Shown: positions 11,701 through 25,155, counted from the first letter of the stretch. The stretch is 64,000 nt of DNA from Tubiluchus corallicola (GCA_030141605.1 JAQGDQ010000028.1:248001-312000), one strand, 5' to 3'. The notes: generated by a model not told the origin, from the sequence alone. Translations and numbers: made by a program.

Positions 11701-12508
11701 TGCAGCGAAAATTTTTAAGGTTAATGTATGGCCTAATGAAACGTAGTGAAGTACCTTTACTTCTTTACCGTGAATGTAGAATTATGCAATTAGATGATTT
11801 AATCAAATTGAATATTGCAGTATTCATGTATAAATGCAATTATAGACTATTTCCTAAGTTTTTTGCAATTCCTGTCAAATTGACATCTAAGAGACATAAT
11901 ACAAGATTTAATCAATACATTGTGCCTTTCTGTAGAACCAACATAGCTAAACATTTTATAATATATCAAGGACCAAAAGTCTGGAATGAGATTTGTCAAT
12001 CTGCAAAAAATAGCAGATCTATTACTAGATTTAAAATAATGCTAAAAAATCAAATTTTAAGTAAGTATCAGTGAGCAATTAAAATTTCTATCTGTATCCA
12101 TCCTCACAGTAGTTGCAAAACAGTGGTGTTAACTTAATCAAGTTATTTTAATTTTACATACTATTAAAAAATAATAGTCTTTCTATCTTTTATATCATTC
12201 CATATATGAGTTTCATTCATTACATCATTCCATTTTAAGCACTAACGTTTTTTTATCACGATTCACTTTAAATTTTCAGATTATTTCCATTACTTTTTTT
12301 TTTCTCTATCACTGTGTGGGACAATCTAACAAGCCCTGCTTTTTGATTGCCCACAACACATTTACATTCGTGTATAAGTAAATAGTGCTTGAGGCTTTTC
12401 TGTGCAGTATTTTTTATTTGTATTATATCCATTGTAGGCCCTTTCACTGATATTGTATATGTAACCTGTAAATGTGTATGGTGAAATGAATGACTATGAC
12501 TATGACTA
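8792..12508 (+). mobile_element. Young non-LTR retrotransposon (CR1/L2 superfamily, Crack-like), ORF2 only
   Basis: APE + RT coding region at 9002-12074, a roughly 430-nt 3' UTR ending in (TGACTA)3 at 12491-12508, and an N-terminal DLDPDQHYFN motif. The 5' boundary is approximate and no TSD was found. Confidence 0.9.
9002..12074 (+). pseudogene. LINE ORF2 (endonuclease + reverse transcriptase), disrupted
   Basis: APE motifs LNVRSL, LTETW, GGGV, YRPP, GDFN, SDHLP and RT motifs YRPISLL, QYGFR, DLSKAFD, GVPQGSILGP, FADD, FLG. One-base deletions in A runs at about 10330 and 11545, plus a TGG>TAG-type stop at about 11659. Confidence 0.92.
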
Positions 12509-12649
12509 AGAATGGTTACAATAGTTACATTTATAAAACTATAGAGAAAGAATAGTGAAAAGACTGTAAAGTCACCTAGTCTATAACTGTTAAGCATGAT
12601 ATAAAGCAGTGAATAATAATTTAAATTTATACCAAGCTAGTTTAGATTC

Positions 12650-14330
12650 CAAACTTATATATAATTGTATTTCTGTTGATTTTCAATGCTGCTGTAATCT
12701 CACTTGTACTGAGCAATTGTGATCAAATAATTGATGCATGTTTGTCAGCTGCTACTGCTCACTTTCCCAAAACACATCCTAAAGAAAACAATAATGTTAT
12801 ACCTGGTTCGCAGGATATAGTAGAACCAATCCTCGATACATTTATGTTTTGGCACAATATTTGGACTGAATGTGGCAGGCCCCATACGGGTGTTGTTACA
12901 GACATTATACGTCGTACATGCACACAATATCATTACACGGTTAAACATGTAAAACAACACGAGTTGAATATTTGCAGGTTCAGATTAGCCGAGAATGCAC
13001 AGAACAAAAACCACGGGAATTTGTTTCGGGATGTGAGCGTTATGAAAAGGGGTAACATGGTTGTTTGAGATCTTTTGTATATGTACACACATCAAAATGT
13101 TCATGTTAAATTGAGTAATTCTCTAGTCTAAGCGTATAAGTGTTTCAAAATTAGTGGTGTACGCTAAGGCGCTGTGTTATCTCCAGTCCTGTTCTGAGTG
13201 TACTTAGATGGGTAGTTGTTAACATAAAAAAAAACTAATGTTCATTGTACCGTTGATGGCATAGGTGCAGTTGCTTGTGCAGACGATTACTCGCACCTAG
13301 AATGTATCATCAATTTTGCAAATATAATGTGGGCAATAAAGTAAAAAGTAGACTTATATTTCGTAACAACAAATGCCACGCAATCCAGCACTGACCCATA
13401 GTCTTGCTAGAGGGCAGCCCTCTGCCTCTCTATGATAATATTCGCAATTTAGTGCACTAACATATAGTTTTAACGATGAAGCTGACATATTTGATAAGAA
13501 AAAAAATTGCATGCAGAGCAAACCTTAATTACGAATTTTAAGTATGTACCACCAGACGTAAAATTATTGGTGTTTATTATTGACCTATTGCCAGAATTTT
13601 CATAGTTCTCAAACACGGAAATTAGATGATAATAAATTATTACAAAGATTGATACGACGTATATGTAACGTTGCTGTGAGGCAGTTGTGGGGACTACCTT
13701 ACACAGAACTGATCGTTATGTTCTGTCCTTCGTGTGTAATGTGTTGATACCTGCTAATCAATTTGAAGAGCGATTTATTAAATTTTACCCTCATGCTTAA
13801 ATAGCAATCATTATAATAAGATGTCTTGCAATTCATGTAAAATTTTCTGCCCAGTCAACAATAGATTTCAATTTAAAATCTATTTTTAAAAAGTGTAATT
13901 TACAGCATTCCCTGAATCGAGCAAGATGTACAATTTTCTAAGCTTATTTCATTAATGGATAATTTAACAAAATATGTCACAGATGATCAGTTATGCATTA
14001 CAAATTTTAATTTAGACATTATTATATGCTATCGATTCCCAAATGTACAGCCCCAGAATCCTGAAAAGGGAAGATCCCTATAACTTTTTAGCATACGCAG
14101 CTGTAAACTCCTTTTTGAATTTTACATACGTAGAGTGTACAAATTACATTGATTTTCATCTATGTTTACCCATTCTTGTCACACTTGTAAATACCTTCGA
14201 CCCCTTTTTATGTATTCAATTTACTGCATATCTGTTACTTGTTTCATATGTCTGCATGCCTTTATACTAACTTCATACTGTGCTGCGTTTTGCTTATTGT
14301 ATTGTCATCGTAAAAATGTACTACGTTTAC
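12650..14330 (+). mobile_element. Old degraded non-LTR retrotransposon (clade not determined)
   Basis: FWHNIWTECGRPHTGVVTDIIRRT linker, GVR*GAVLSPVLF (about 13156) and AVACADD (about 13265) RT motifs, then an AT-rich tail. Confidence 0.8.
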
Positions 14331-16027
14331 GAAATTAATGGTACATATACAGTGTTATAAAGGGATTAAGACAATAAGCCCAGTTTTATGTCAAACGCAA
14401 CAAAAATATTCACGAAAGTTTCTCTTACGTTTGAATATACGAACATATCATACCTGCGATTACTTTTCCTACGTTTAGATGATCACGTGGCTGGCCGCAA
14501 GTTTTTTCAACTTTTTGCATCTTTTCAATTGTTTGTTAGGCAATGGCCGGAAATAGACTAATTCCATTTCATAGGCGATATATACTGACTGCACGAATTG
14601 CATGCTTAATTAAGCCCCACTGACATCTTTTTGATCATCATTATAACCAGAAAAATAGTGTAAAATTAATTATTTCAGGTTGCTAATATTACATCGATAT
14701 AATTATAATTTTGATCAAGCTAAATTTTAAAATTTTTAATAAAAACACTGTGAAGGTCTTATCGAGGTTTACAAAAAGCTGACCAGGAAAGAAAACATTT
14801 TGCATGAAAATTTGTCGAAATAATGTTTTGCCTGAGTATGGAATTTCAATGAGAGTGGTTGTTTAACCACTAATCATAACAGTTGTCACGGATTCCTGCG
14901 AATGAGTTCAGCTTTGCTGCTAGACCTCCAGCTATTGCTGACTATAGCTTATTCCCATTCCTAAAACCTGCGCAGGTTTGCGTAGCCGTGGAGGTGCATA
15001 GGATGTCATTTTTCCTGCAGGTTAACATTGAATCATGCATACCTGCTAATCGAGCTTCAATCTGAAGTTATAAATTTAACTGCCACCTCTGTACAAGTAG
15101 GCCATTTGACGCTTGGTAACATTACAGCAGCATCTTATGATCCGCTTAACCTTGTTAGGTTAATTTTTCCTTTTTTAAAATTAATCAATAGTTGTTTTTG
15201 TTCACTTCGAAAGGTCATAAATTAAACTAAACTGTGCACAGCAAAATGGTTTAATCAGCAACTCATAGACGTTAAGCGTTAAGAACTTCTTACTATAAGA
15301 AAAGGAAATTAGACTATAATATAATCTAATTCACTATTTTCACCAATTCACTTGCAATTTCAATCGACAATACAGACGAACGGCATTCTGTGATAAAACT
15401 AGAACCAGGTCAATGTCTCTCTCGTGGATTAATGAAAAGCAGGGCATTTTTCGTAACGTTACCACAAACATATTCTCAGCGATAAACAGTGCTGCAGCTC
15501 ATATTTTCCGAAATATTGCGACATGTAGGTTTTGGGCTCTAGGGCAGTCAACAGAGCTTGAGTCAGCATGATTGATGTTTTGCTTGACATTAATTGTAAT
15601 GGGTCTATGGTTTTCTACTCTTTCTACATCACCTTTTTGGGAAGGTTAACTAAGTTCTTCGGCTTCTGACTCCTGTGCATCCCAAGCAATGATATTGTTG
15701 TATTTTGTTATTAACCATGTTATGTCTATTCCTTAAGATGTGTGTGTAGAATAAAGTTTGTTTATAGTTTAACTTCTATAACTATCATGTTTCCACAAAG
15801 TAGGCAAACATTTTGATTATAAAATTTTATTAAGATCCCTAAACAAATGACCCTTTGCCTTCTCACTTAACTCTATAAAGTTTTTGCCTTTAATTTTATC
15901 ACTCCTGTACGCTTTTAACTGGCTATGCTGTTTTTTGCATTTCAAACCTTTTTTCAACTCCACTTTCGAACTTTTTTGCATAAACTGAAAGTTTTCTAAC
16001 TGCCAGCATTGTAAGTAATCATCCATT

Positions 16028-16175
16028 TTTCGCGCTTTTTAACAGTTTTTTGGTATGAATATTCCAGCATTAGTTGATCTGATGAGTTGAGATGCTAGTC
16101 CAGCTGAGGTGGTGCCGATAAGAATGATAAATAAAAGTGAAATGAATAGTTCGGTGTACAGTAGCGCCATTTTCA
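16028..16175. promoter_or_regulatory. Probable PKC promoter region, possibly bidirectional
   Basis: CpG-containing stretch 270-410 nt upstream of the PKC ATG, with an E2F-type TTTCGCGC at 16028 and a YY1-type GCGCCATTTT at about 16164. Motif matches only. Confidence 0.35.
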
Positions 16176-16439
16176 TCAAGCGGTATTTCCTCGAATGAAG
16201 CCCGAGGACGAGAAGACGAAGAAATCGAGGACAATTATTAGGAGGATGAACCTATTTTTGCAAATTTGTTGAAGTGATTCGTTAATTAACTGCACACGTT
16301 TAAGCCATGTTATCGTTAGGCAAGTTTTTATGACAACTTTAAGCAGTACGTGTTGAAATGTGTTGCAAAGGTTTCGCATTAACTGTTATTTACTGTAAGG
16401 TGGTGTTGTAGAAAGTCTTCAACACTGACAACAACAATC

Positions 16440-16790
16440 ATGGTGGTTTTTAACGGAACCATGAAGCTGAAAGTGATCGAGGCAGATAGCCTAAAAGCCA
16501 CGGACTTTTCTACTAGGCATCAGGTGGCTCTACCTTCAAAAACTGTTGGCCTAACTACAATAGATCCTTACATTTCAATAGACATTGACGAAATCCACTT
16601 AGCTCGAACAACAGCAAAAGCTAAAGCTTCGGCTCCTATGTGGAATGAAGAATTTCTGACTGATGTGCAGAATGGACAGACACTAGGACTGACTGTGTTT
16701 CACGATGCTGTGATTCCTCCTGATGACTTTGTTGCTGATTGTAAAATCTCATTCGATGAGCTCAGCCAAAGGCCTGTGTCAGATATCTGG
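16440..16790 (+). CDS. PRKCE: Novel PKC (epsilon/eta class) exon 1, C2 domain
   Basis: MVVFNGTMKLKVIEA...DPYISIDID...WNEEF...VFHDAVIPPDDFVADC...DIW, followed by TGG|gtaggt (phase 0). Confidence 0.97.
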
Positions 16791-16962
16791 GTAGGTTATG
16801 AATGCTGGTATACTCTATCTAATAGGGCTTGCTGCTTACTTATATAAAACTCCACTTTTAGGAAAATATGTTTCAGTGCTGTGAAGTGGCCAACTTCTAG
16901 CACTAGATTTCAAACAGCAGGCCTTCAAAACTTGATTGCTATATGTATCTGTATATATCATG

Positions 16963-17707
16963 TGTAAGGCGCAGAGTATGCCACTAGCCAAAGTAGGACA
17001 CGTCCGCTAAGGCGCATGTGCTAAATTTGCGGAAAAGCAGTGTCGTACATGGGCAGCCCAAGTAGGGCACTGGCGATTTCTGTCGAGAATCGAGAATTAT
17101 GATATAATAAAACAAAAAACTAAATTTATTTTAGAAAAAAGTAACTCTATAATAATGATGGATAGTCCTTGACAATTTACAAATGCATTTATTATAATGA
17201 GATCATCATAACATTAAACTAAGTATCTAATGCTTTAGAGAGAGAAACTAATGTAGGGCACATAGCTTGCTAGCCCGTTTACTTAGTAGAAAGCAATTAT
17301 TTGTCCATGAGGTAGTGAAACGGATAACCTAGTTTAAGTCTGTGAAGCAAGACAAAATAAAAAATGATATACCTTAAGCAAATGTTGGAATCGTCTAAAA
17401 AGCAAGCTTATTCCACTTCAAAAACATTAATATCGAAGCCTAATTTAATATTGGCCATTCTGCTAGCTCAGCATAAGATTCTTTTATTTTGTCAAATGAA
17501 TAATAAATTATTTAACGTGTATTGATGTTTTCAATTATTATTATTAAATAAGCAAGGACAACGACGCTGCCAGTATGGCTAACGACTCAATTCGTGACCT
17601 GTCTCTAGTGTCCTACTTGGGCAGCCCATGTACGACGTGTCGTACTTGGGCTAACCCATGTACGCCAATTGTCCTACTTCGGTTAGTGTCCTACTCCGCT
17701 CCCAACA
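16963..17707. mobile_element. Non-autonomous DNA transposon with TGT...ACA ends (Ginger/TDD-like)
   Basis: Perfect 5-bp TSD TCATG (16958-16962 and 17708-17712), about 38-bp imperfect TIRs, and inverted sub-terminal GTCGTACATGGG...CCCAAGTAGG repeats. Confidence 0.8.
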
Positions 17708-19160
17708 TCATGTTTATTTGACAAGAAGTTCTCTCTGAATGCCGCTAATTTTTAGTTCAAATGCCTTTTATTTCAAATTCTGTAATATACTTTGTATATA
17801 AATATTTTAGTAAGCTTAATTCTTTTACAAGATAACCACCAAATATTTGAACTGTTGAATTTCACTATGAATTGTGAAAAATACTATTTTTAAGGTAATG
17901 AATCCTGAGAATCTGAGGCAACTAGATCTTATTTGTTTTTACACTTTTCATTGCCATTCTTAGAACATTATGTAATTAAAATGAAAGCCCAGTCGTTCTT
18001 TATGTATACAAAAACCATTTGTTTGTAAAAAAGAGAGATGGTTTCAACGTTTTTATGTGCAACAACTATCCTGGTAAATTAATTAACACAAACGTTTGAA
18101 CAATCACGATACTGCACCTACACATTCTGCACTCAGCAAACTTCGCTTAGGTAGCGTAGTCCGATTTCACACCAGTAATCAGTAGACCGCTGTCATTGCA
18201 GAAACAAGCGCATTTCATAAATTTGTTACTGCCACAGAAATTTCAGTTAATTTAACCAATTACTTACTAGCACACATATTGGACTAAAAGTTTTATAGAT
18301 ATTAGAAGTTTTTAAGGATGTAGAAAAGTATCAAACTAAAATTTTAATCCTTGAACAAAGGCACAATTAATAGTAAATAATTATGTGGTAGACATTTGGG
18401 GTTCTTATTTTTGCCATGTTTATTAAATTTGCTAAACATTTACAGCATCTGCTAAAGAAAACAATTACATTTTCACCTAACTAATTATTAAACCTAATAC
18501 CTAGCTGTTTATACTACTGAAAAGTTATGTAAATATCTGCTAAATTTACATGCCATACAGAAAAACATAAATTAATAGTTAGACAGGTAAATCACTACTT
18601 TAGCATATTTTTATTTAAAAGCTAATGTGTGTATTTGTCATGTATTATGTGAAACACGAAGTAAATGTTTCCCCACTGGAGTGTACTTGCTGGCTTTTCT
18701 CAGACAATAAATTTAAATATGTAACAGAAAGGTTAGCAAACTATTTTTGCTGAGTGTGTTGGTGGGAGGGGGAGCATGAATATACGAAAACAACATTAAA
18801 CAAAACTCTGATTTCTTTACCAAACATTTAATTATGCAAAAGCAATTGTTTATTTGTGTTTATATAAACTATGGGAGAAAATTTTCTGTTAAAAATAACT
18901 TCAAAAAAAATAATTTTTCATTTTAAGAAAAAATTACCCCTACAATTCTTTTTTTGGCATTGCCGTCCGTCTTTTGCCCTTTTGGTTAGTACTCTTCAAG
19001 GTTAATGTCACACATGATTGTAGTAGTCAGCACTACCTAACTATGACTCTCATTTGTAATTATAACCACTTATGTAATATTTGTAATATTACCACTTTTT
19101 TAATGTACAAATTGCCACTAGCTTGGACCTTTGCATTACAATCTGTGGTGTTCTCTGTCA

Positions 19161-19675
19161 CAGTGATGGGAGTAATGCGTTACAAATGTAACTAGTTAAC
19201 CAGGTTAAAAATTATGGAACTGTAAATGTAAAAAGTTTAGAAGTTAACTTGTAACTAGTTCCTTTTTTGTTATAAGTTGTAATTAGAATAACAGTTGCTT
19301 TTGCCGCATTTGTCTAAAATCAAACCAGAAGTTCATTGGCTGCACCTCACAGAAACATTGTACTCTGTCTATTATACTCTTGTTTCATTACTGTACAGTT
19401 GATTGTTGTTACACAGAAGTTTCTGCCATGCAAGTCTGTAGTGCAACTTAATTGTAGGGTGAATTTTGCTCACACCCATACCAGATGTGATAACTTTATG
19501 CAACAGTTTCTTTTTAAAGGAACTGTAATTGTAAATTTTCTGATGGTAGAGAAAGAACTGTAATTATGATCAGTTACTTTTTTCACAGAGTAAGTGTAAC
19601 ACAAAATTATATTTTCGAAAAAAATTCATGTAATAAAGTAGCTGTTACATTTGTAAAGAAATTATCCTAACACAG
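19161..19675. mobile_element. hAT-like MITE rich in GTAAC/GTTAC repeats
   Basis: CAGTGATGGGAGTAATGCGTTACAAATGTAAC at the left end has an inverted counterpart at the right end. The TSD is degenerate. Confidence 0.6.
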
Positions 19676-19695
19676 GTCTACCATGATTTTAAATG

Positions 19696-20663
19696 GGTGC
19701 TAGTCTTTTTTGGCACAAATTTTTCGTGACAGCCACTTTCCCCACAAACTTTTTGTAACATGGGCATTTAGACACATGGTACATCGGACACATCTCCTTT
19801 ATACACATGGTACATTTGACATTGGACACATTTAAGTTTCGACCCGCCGCATGCATGTAATAGGACACTGTACTTCCCTAAACACAGGCAAGTTTCGTTA
19901 AAAACGTTATGCAGTTGTACATATTACAGAACAATAAGGATATACATGTATAGGACAACAAACATAATTATTTCGCCAATTGCAGACCCTAAAAAGAGTT
20001 AAACACATGTATAATTGGGAACTGAGGAAGGAATAATATTATGATGGCGCATAATGGAATGATGCAAATATATAAAAATTCAGAAAGTGAAGCTTCCAGC
20101 ATTGGGAATAATTATGTTAGGTGAATTCTACCACACATAAGGTATAGTCTAATGGATAACGTGTCTGCTTTCCGTCGGGAAGAACTAAGTACGATACTTA
20201 GGCTGGGTCCTGACACTTTTTTTATTATGTTAAAAAATAAAAATGGTACCTGCTGTAAAAGCTGGGTAAGAATAATTTCTGTTAGTGTAGGCGTAGTTTG
20301 TTATTTATAGTTGATGATAAAAGCCTCGCAGCATGTATTGCCAGTTAAATTTAAATCTGATTTTAAAGTAATGGTTACTACTTTCATTTTTATTATATGT
20401 TCACTGAATGCCCAACATGTACTGTGACTAAAGTGATCTGTGCTTAACATTCATTGTTGCTAAAATGGCAAAATTGGCCTGTGCACATTAGCCTTTTTAT
20501 GTCTAAAATGGCTTTTGTCCAGTTGTCCATGTGTCTAAGTTTAACTGTAACTGTGTCCAAAGAAAACTGGTAAAGTAAATGTGTATCAAAACTTGCTTGT
20601 GGGTGCCTAACTGTGTGTGACCAAACTGCCTAGCCAAAATATCTGTGCCAAAAACCGGACACG
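19696..20663. mobile_element. MULE-like non-autonomous element
   Basis: 9-bp TSD TTTTAAATG/TTTTAAATA and long degenerate TIRs built from GGCACA/GGACAC sub-repeats. Confidence 0.7.
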
Positions 20664-20839
20664 TTTTAAATAATTTACTCCCATCATTGATGATTTACAA
20701 GATCATGGGGGTGTTGTCGTAATGCAACTGATTTTTTTCACAAAAGTTAAGTATGATATTATTAGCCCTGTACTTTGTTTAATGGCTACTTATTTAGTAG
20801 TTCATCATTTTTGCTTGCTACGAATAGAAAATGTTAAAA

Positions 20840-21185
20840 GAAGTGAATAGCCAGGTGGTTTTTGCTGAGCATGCTTTGTAACCAAAGTTAAGCAGTGCTG
20901 TGCTGGTCAGTGAATAGACGTAGTGTAGAGCTGTTGGGCGATTGTCGGATTCTATGTTCATTCTGGGAAATTTCTTCTGCCATTCTGTCTTTGAATATTT
21001 ACCTCATTGAGGGAGGATGCATTCACTTCTGAATGTGGCTGAGATGCCTCTGCCCGTCCGGTGTCTCCTTAGATTACCCTTGATAGTGAGCTAGGTTTCG
21101 GTTGCGCCCCTACTGTCTACATTGAGTAGGCCCTGCACTGAATGTTGGACACTGGCTTGAAAAGTATCGAACTGTATAATAATGG
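20840..21185 (+). mobile_element. 5S rRNA-derived SINE (SINE3-like), copy A
   Basis: CCAAAGTTAAGCAG...GCTGGTCAGTGAATAGAC resembles the 5S internal control region. The body is shared with the copies at about 24.9 kb and 36.1 kb, and there is a TAA-type tail. Confidence 0.55.
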
Positions 21186-24001
21186 AGTTATCAGTGATTG
21201 AGCACATGGTTTGGCAAACTATAAAGTCGTGAAGCATACATATTCTTTTTCACGAAGAATGAAATTTCATGTGCTTTCGAACATTTTTGGTGAATTCTTT
21301 TGGGACGAGAAAATTTTTTTGTTGTATTATTTCGACATCAGTTGCTCAACATAAGCAGGATCGTGAACATCTGAGTACAGATTTACTTATTCTGTTTCGG
21401 CAGGATCATTGCCCTAACATTTTTGTGTAGATTGACAGAATCAGAATCAAAATAATTAATTTGCATCAACTGCATAATAACTTAACAGTGACAAAATAGA
21501 CTGGGTGGTGAAAAGACCAAAGACCATGAATTCTAGTCTGCTACTCTTCTTCTAAGCTAAATTTGCATTGCTGGCCAAGCAAGAAAGTGATGCTTCTGCT
21601 ATACATATGAGTATGAAGTCTTAACTGCCCAAATAGAAGTGTTAAATGTTTCTACACAAACCTACACACTAGACGACAAAATTGAGTACCACTACTAATA
21701 ACCATGTCATCTTATCACTTGTTAGGTAGATTCTACTGAAAGACAGATGAACGAACAAGTATAGAAACTTGATAAGTTGGAACTCGATGCTATATTTCTA
21801 CGATTTCTTCAGAAAATAATTAATCCTCGCATAGAGTGCCAGAACTCAGTTTAAAAGACAGAACCACAGTGCCAGAACCAAATTCAAAAAAGAAATTAGT
21901 TGAAAAAAGTCCCAAGTCAAATATAAATTCTAACTACTTCTAAATTCCTTAGAAATCTTCATTTTGGCTACAGGTTCTAGGCTGATATGTGATCACTAAA
22001 TTTAAATGCTTGTGTAAATGAGATGAATAGGAACAATGTAAAAGCTGTTTTAGTGATGTATGGTTTTTAATTGCCAGCATTCATTGTTGTATGTTTGACG
22101 TTGTTGTTAAACATTTCCGCTTTTTACTATCTGTTTTTTTAGTTTTCCATCTTTAGTTCGAATTTGTATCATTTGTTTAAAGCTTGATTGAAAGCCAAAA
22201 TTACCTATCTATCCTAAATCAGGCTTAGCTATATGCAGTGCCAAAATATGTTAGCTTAAGTAGGCCTAGTCTATCTGTTTGATTCAAAGAAACCTCATTT
22301 GTTTTAAACTAACTGTCAGGATGGTATACTAACTATAAGTACTTCTTTTGTCAAAGTTTGTCCAACTTTATCATCAGTTTACATGCAGCCTCATTTTGCT
22401 ATACCAAGCTTACTACACCAAAAATATTATTATATGTTTCCTAATCGCTGGACCATTGCTATATTAGAAGCTTTTTACGAAGTACTGATTGTCAGGCTTA
22501 TTTCGTTTTTCGCACTTGCAAAGGATGTCACCAGTTCTACCAGATCTCCATTATTTAGATTTTTCTGTTTTCATCCACTACCAAGTAGACGTGCTTGGTT
22601 GGAGTTTGGTTGTCTCGTGTCAAGGTTCAGACTCAGAAGTTCTTACTTATTGGCAGTATTTTAAAAATGAGTTCTATTAAATTTCATTTATGTTTATTGA
22701 GTCATTTGCAGTATGTGTTGATTTATTACTATTACTGTGAGTAAAATATGGGTATTATTAAATTACGCTCTAATGAAAAGAATTCTTGAAAATTCCATAT
22801 CCAAATTTTGTTTTACTATAGAGATTCTCTCATTTGCAGGAACTATTCGAAAAATCTGAAGTAGTTTGAGCTTTGGACAGGAAATGAATTTACTAGATAG
22901 GTATTACAGTCGACGTTCTATGAAATCAAGAAAGAAAATTAAGAACAAAAAAAATCAGGAAGCAATGGAAACATTAAATGCATCAATGCCTTTGCCTAGC
23001 AAATACACGCTGAGATAGATGCATGCATGTTGTCGAGTTTATAATCTCCTGTGCATCCCATAGTTCAAATAGCATCAAATTATCGTAAATTTTAATTAGA
23101 GCTTCTGCAATGTGCTGTAATTAATTAACTTATTTATTAATTTTGAGAAAGTTTAGACTGATTGTCTACATTTTGCATAGTTTGATATTATGCGTGTTTT
23201 TGTACTAGTGATTACTCATAATTGTTTTGGACTTTTGTCAACAAGTGTCCTAAACACGTGTGTTTAGTTCTACTACAAATATATTTTGACCCGATCTTTT
23301 GACACTTCGTAGACATTTCACACCATTCAGGAAAAAGTATTTCAATGAAACGTGTTCTGCTTCTTTTTTTACATTGAACAAAATTTGACAATCAGGAATG
23401 GGTGCAGTGCAGTTCTATAGCGATCGTAGTGTCGTGATTGATGCCTTGTGGAAAATCACGTAATTACAAAATTAACCCCCTAAACTTCACCTAATTTCTA
23501 AACTTAGGACTTTAGTCTGTCATACGAAGAATTGACTTAACCATACATTAGAGCGACATTAAAGAACTAAAAATGATTCAGATATTTTTGAAATATATTA
23601 CATATGCTGCAATAGCAAACGTTATGACATCTTGCATAAGAAAGGTTTACCTTAATAACATGTATGACAACTTAGTAGTTTGCACAGGTTAAATACTCTA
23701 ACTCATTTATTTGATGAACCTCACAAAATTGTTACGAACTTTTACGTTAATGCAGCAATGTGATTGCACTAAATTTACTATTTTTATCAGTTTCCTGGTC
23801 TGATACAAGATTGCAAGTATAATTCAGGTATAAGGTTCCATTGGCATTGTGGATTGATTGCATTACAGTATATCATTATTCCTCCTCTGCGGTTTCTTTC
23901 CCTGTGCAGAGAAGCCACTCAGCATGCTGCAGCAGCCTCCCTACTGTATCTCCGTCTTCTATGATCAACTTCAGTAATTTAGCCACATCATTGACAATCC
24001 A

Positions 24002-24015
24002 GTATCCATGGCAAC
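24002..24015. promoter_or_regulatory. RFX X-box motif
   Basis: GTATCCATGGCAAC fits the X-box consensus GTHNYYATRRNAAC and sits in a GC-richer island of PKC intron 1. Confidence 0.4.
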
Positions 24016-24854
24016 CTGAAAAGTGTGCCTGATGCAGATGCTGTTGCATGCGCAGCATCGGCTGGTGCAAATAGTATCAGAAGTAATGAGTAAATTATAT
24101 ACACTATAAAACTATTTTGGGGTCGGTTAACATTTTTATGTCCATATATTATTGGCTTGATGCATCAATACAGAATTCGTAAGAACATAATTCACATTGA
24201 TTATATATGTTCATTAAATAAACGTGTCAGAGTATTTTCACCTGTAGAGATTATTAAAATATCAAAAACGCCCATAAAATTTTATGTAAAATCACAATGT
24301 TTGGTATTGTAGCATCTTGTAATACATACCAAAGATATCTAAAGCGTTTTACTCATTTAATGTCAGGCTGATGTACAGGTGAAGTCAGTTCTGTATAAAA
24401 ACTGTTTGTGATAAAAAAATAGTTAAAGGTTTGAACTCAGAGTATAGATTAGGTGTAGAATGTGATTACATGTATATGAATTTCCATCAGACAATGCAAT
24501 GCAAATAGCTCTCATCCACTGTCCATGTATCCTTGTGTTTAAATTGTTTTACATGAACTAACTAAGAGTAAAATAAACCATGTGAGTTGCAGGTAAAATA
24601 GAAACTAAACGTCTACAAGATCAACAAGTTTGTATTTTGTCTGCATTTACAAGGAATTATTTTACTCTTTATTAATTCAATAAAGATTACTGCTTGTTAG
24701 CATGTGAATATTATTTATAGTTGCAGTTTCATATTTACTTTTTTAGTTTTTCCCAGATTATTCAGAACGTTAGCTGGTATACTTCAGAAAGTTATTTTGA
24801 GAAACTTTTTATACGATTTGGCAAACTGTAATGATATTACAGCAGTGACAGTAC

Positions 24855-25155
24855 AACAGTACTCAATGGTAGTCTAGTACCTAATATGGATGATTGTGAC
24901 CAGACCAGAATCTGGCTGATTATCAAAACTAACCCTCTAAAATGAGTAATTGAACTGACAGATGTGTCTTACCCGTGTTCAAATTTAGATATATCCTCTC
25001 TGAATATGGTAAACAGTCAGAATCGGCATGGCAAATATAACCACTCTAAGCGCATAATGAACCTAGCACTTGTCTATCCATTCATTAACCAGCCTGGCTG
25101 TTGCTTAACTTTGGTCGCTAAATATACCCGTGAGTGCTCGGTTGTCCCCACCAAA
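24855..25155 (-). mobile_element. 5S rRNA-derived SINE, copy B
   Basis: The minus strand reads ACCAAAGTTAAGCAACAGCCAGGCTGGTTAATGAATGGATAGAC (5S A box to C box like). The body is similar to copies A and C. Confidence 0.6.

Noticed and set aside
14883-15225. Plus-strand mini-gene (LSRIPANEF.../VNIESC...) around the palindrome AAACCTGCGCAGGTTT
   Set aside because: It needs a roughly 45-nt intron, has no start codon context, and gives no recognisable product.
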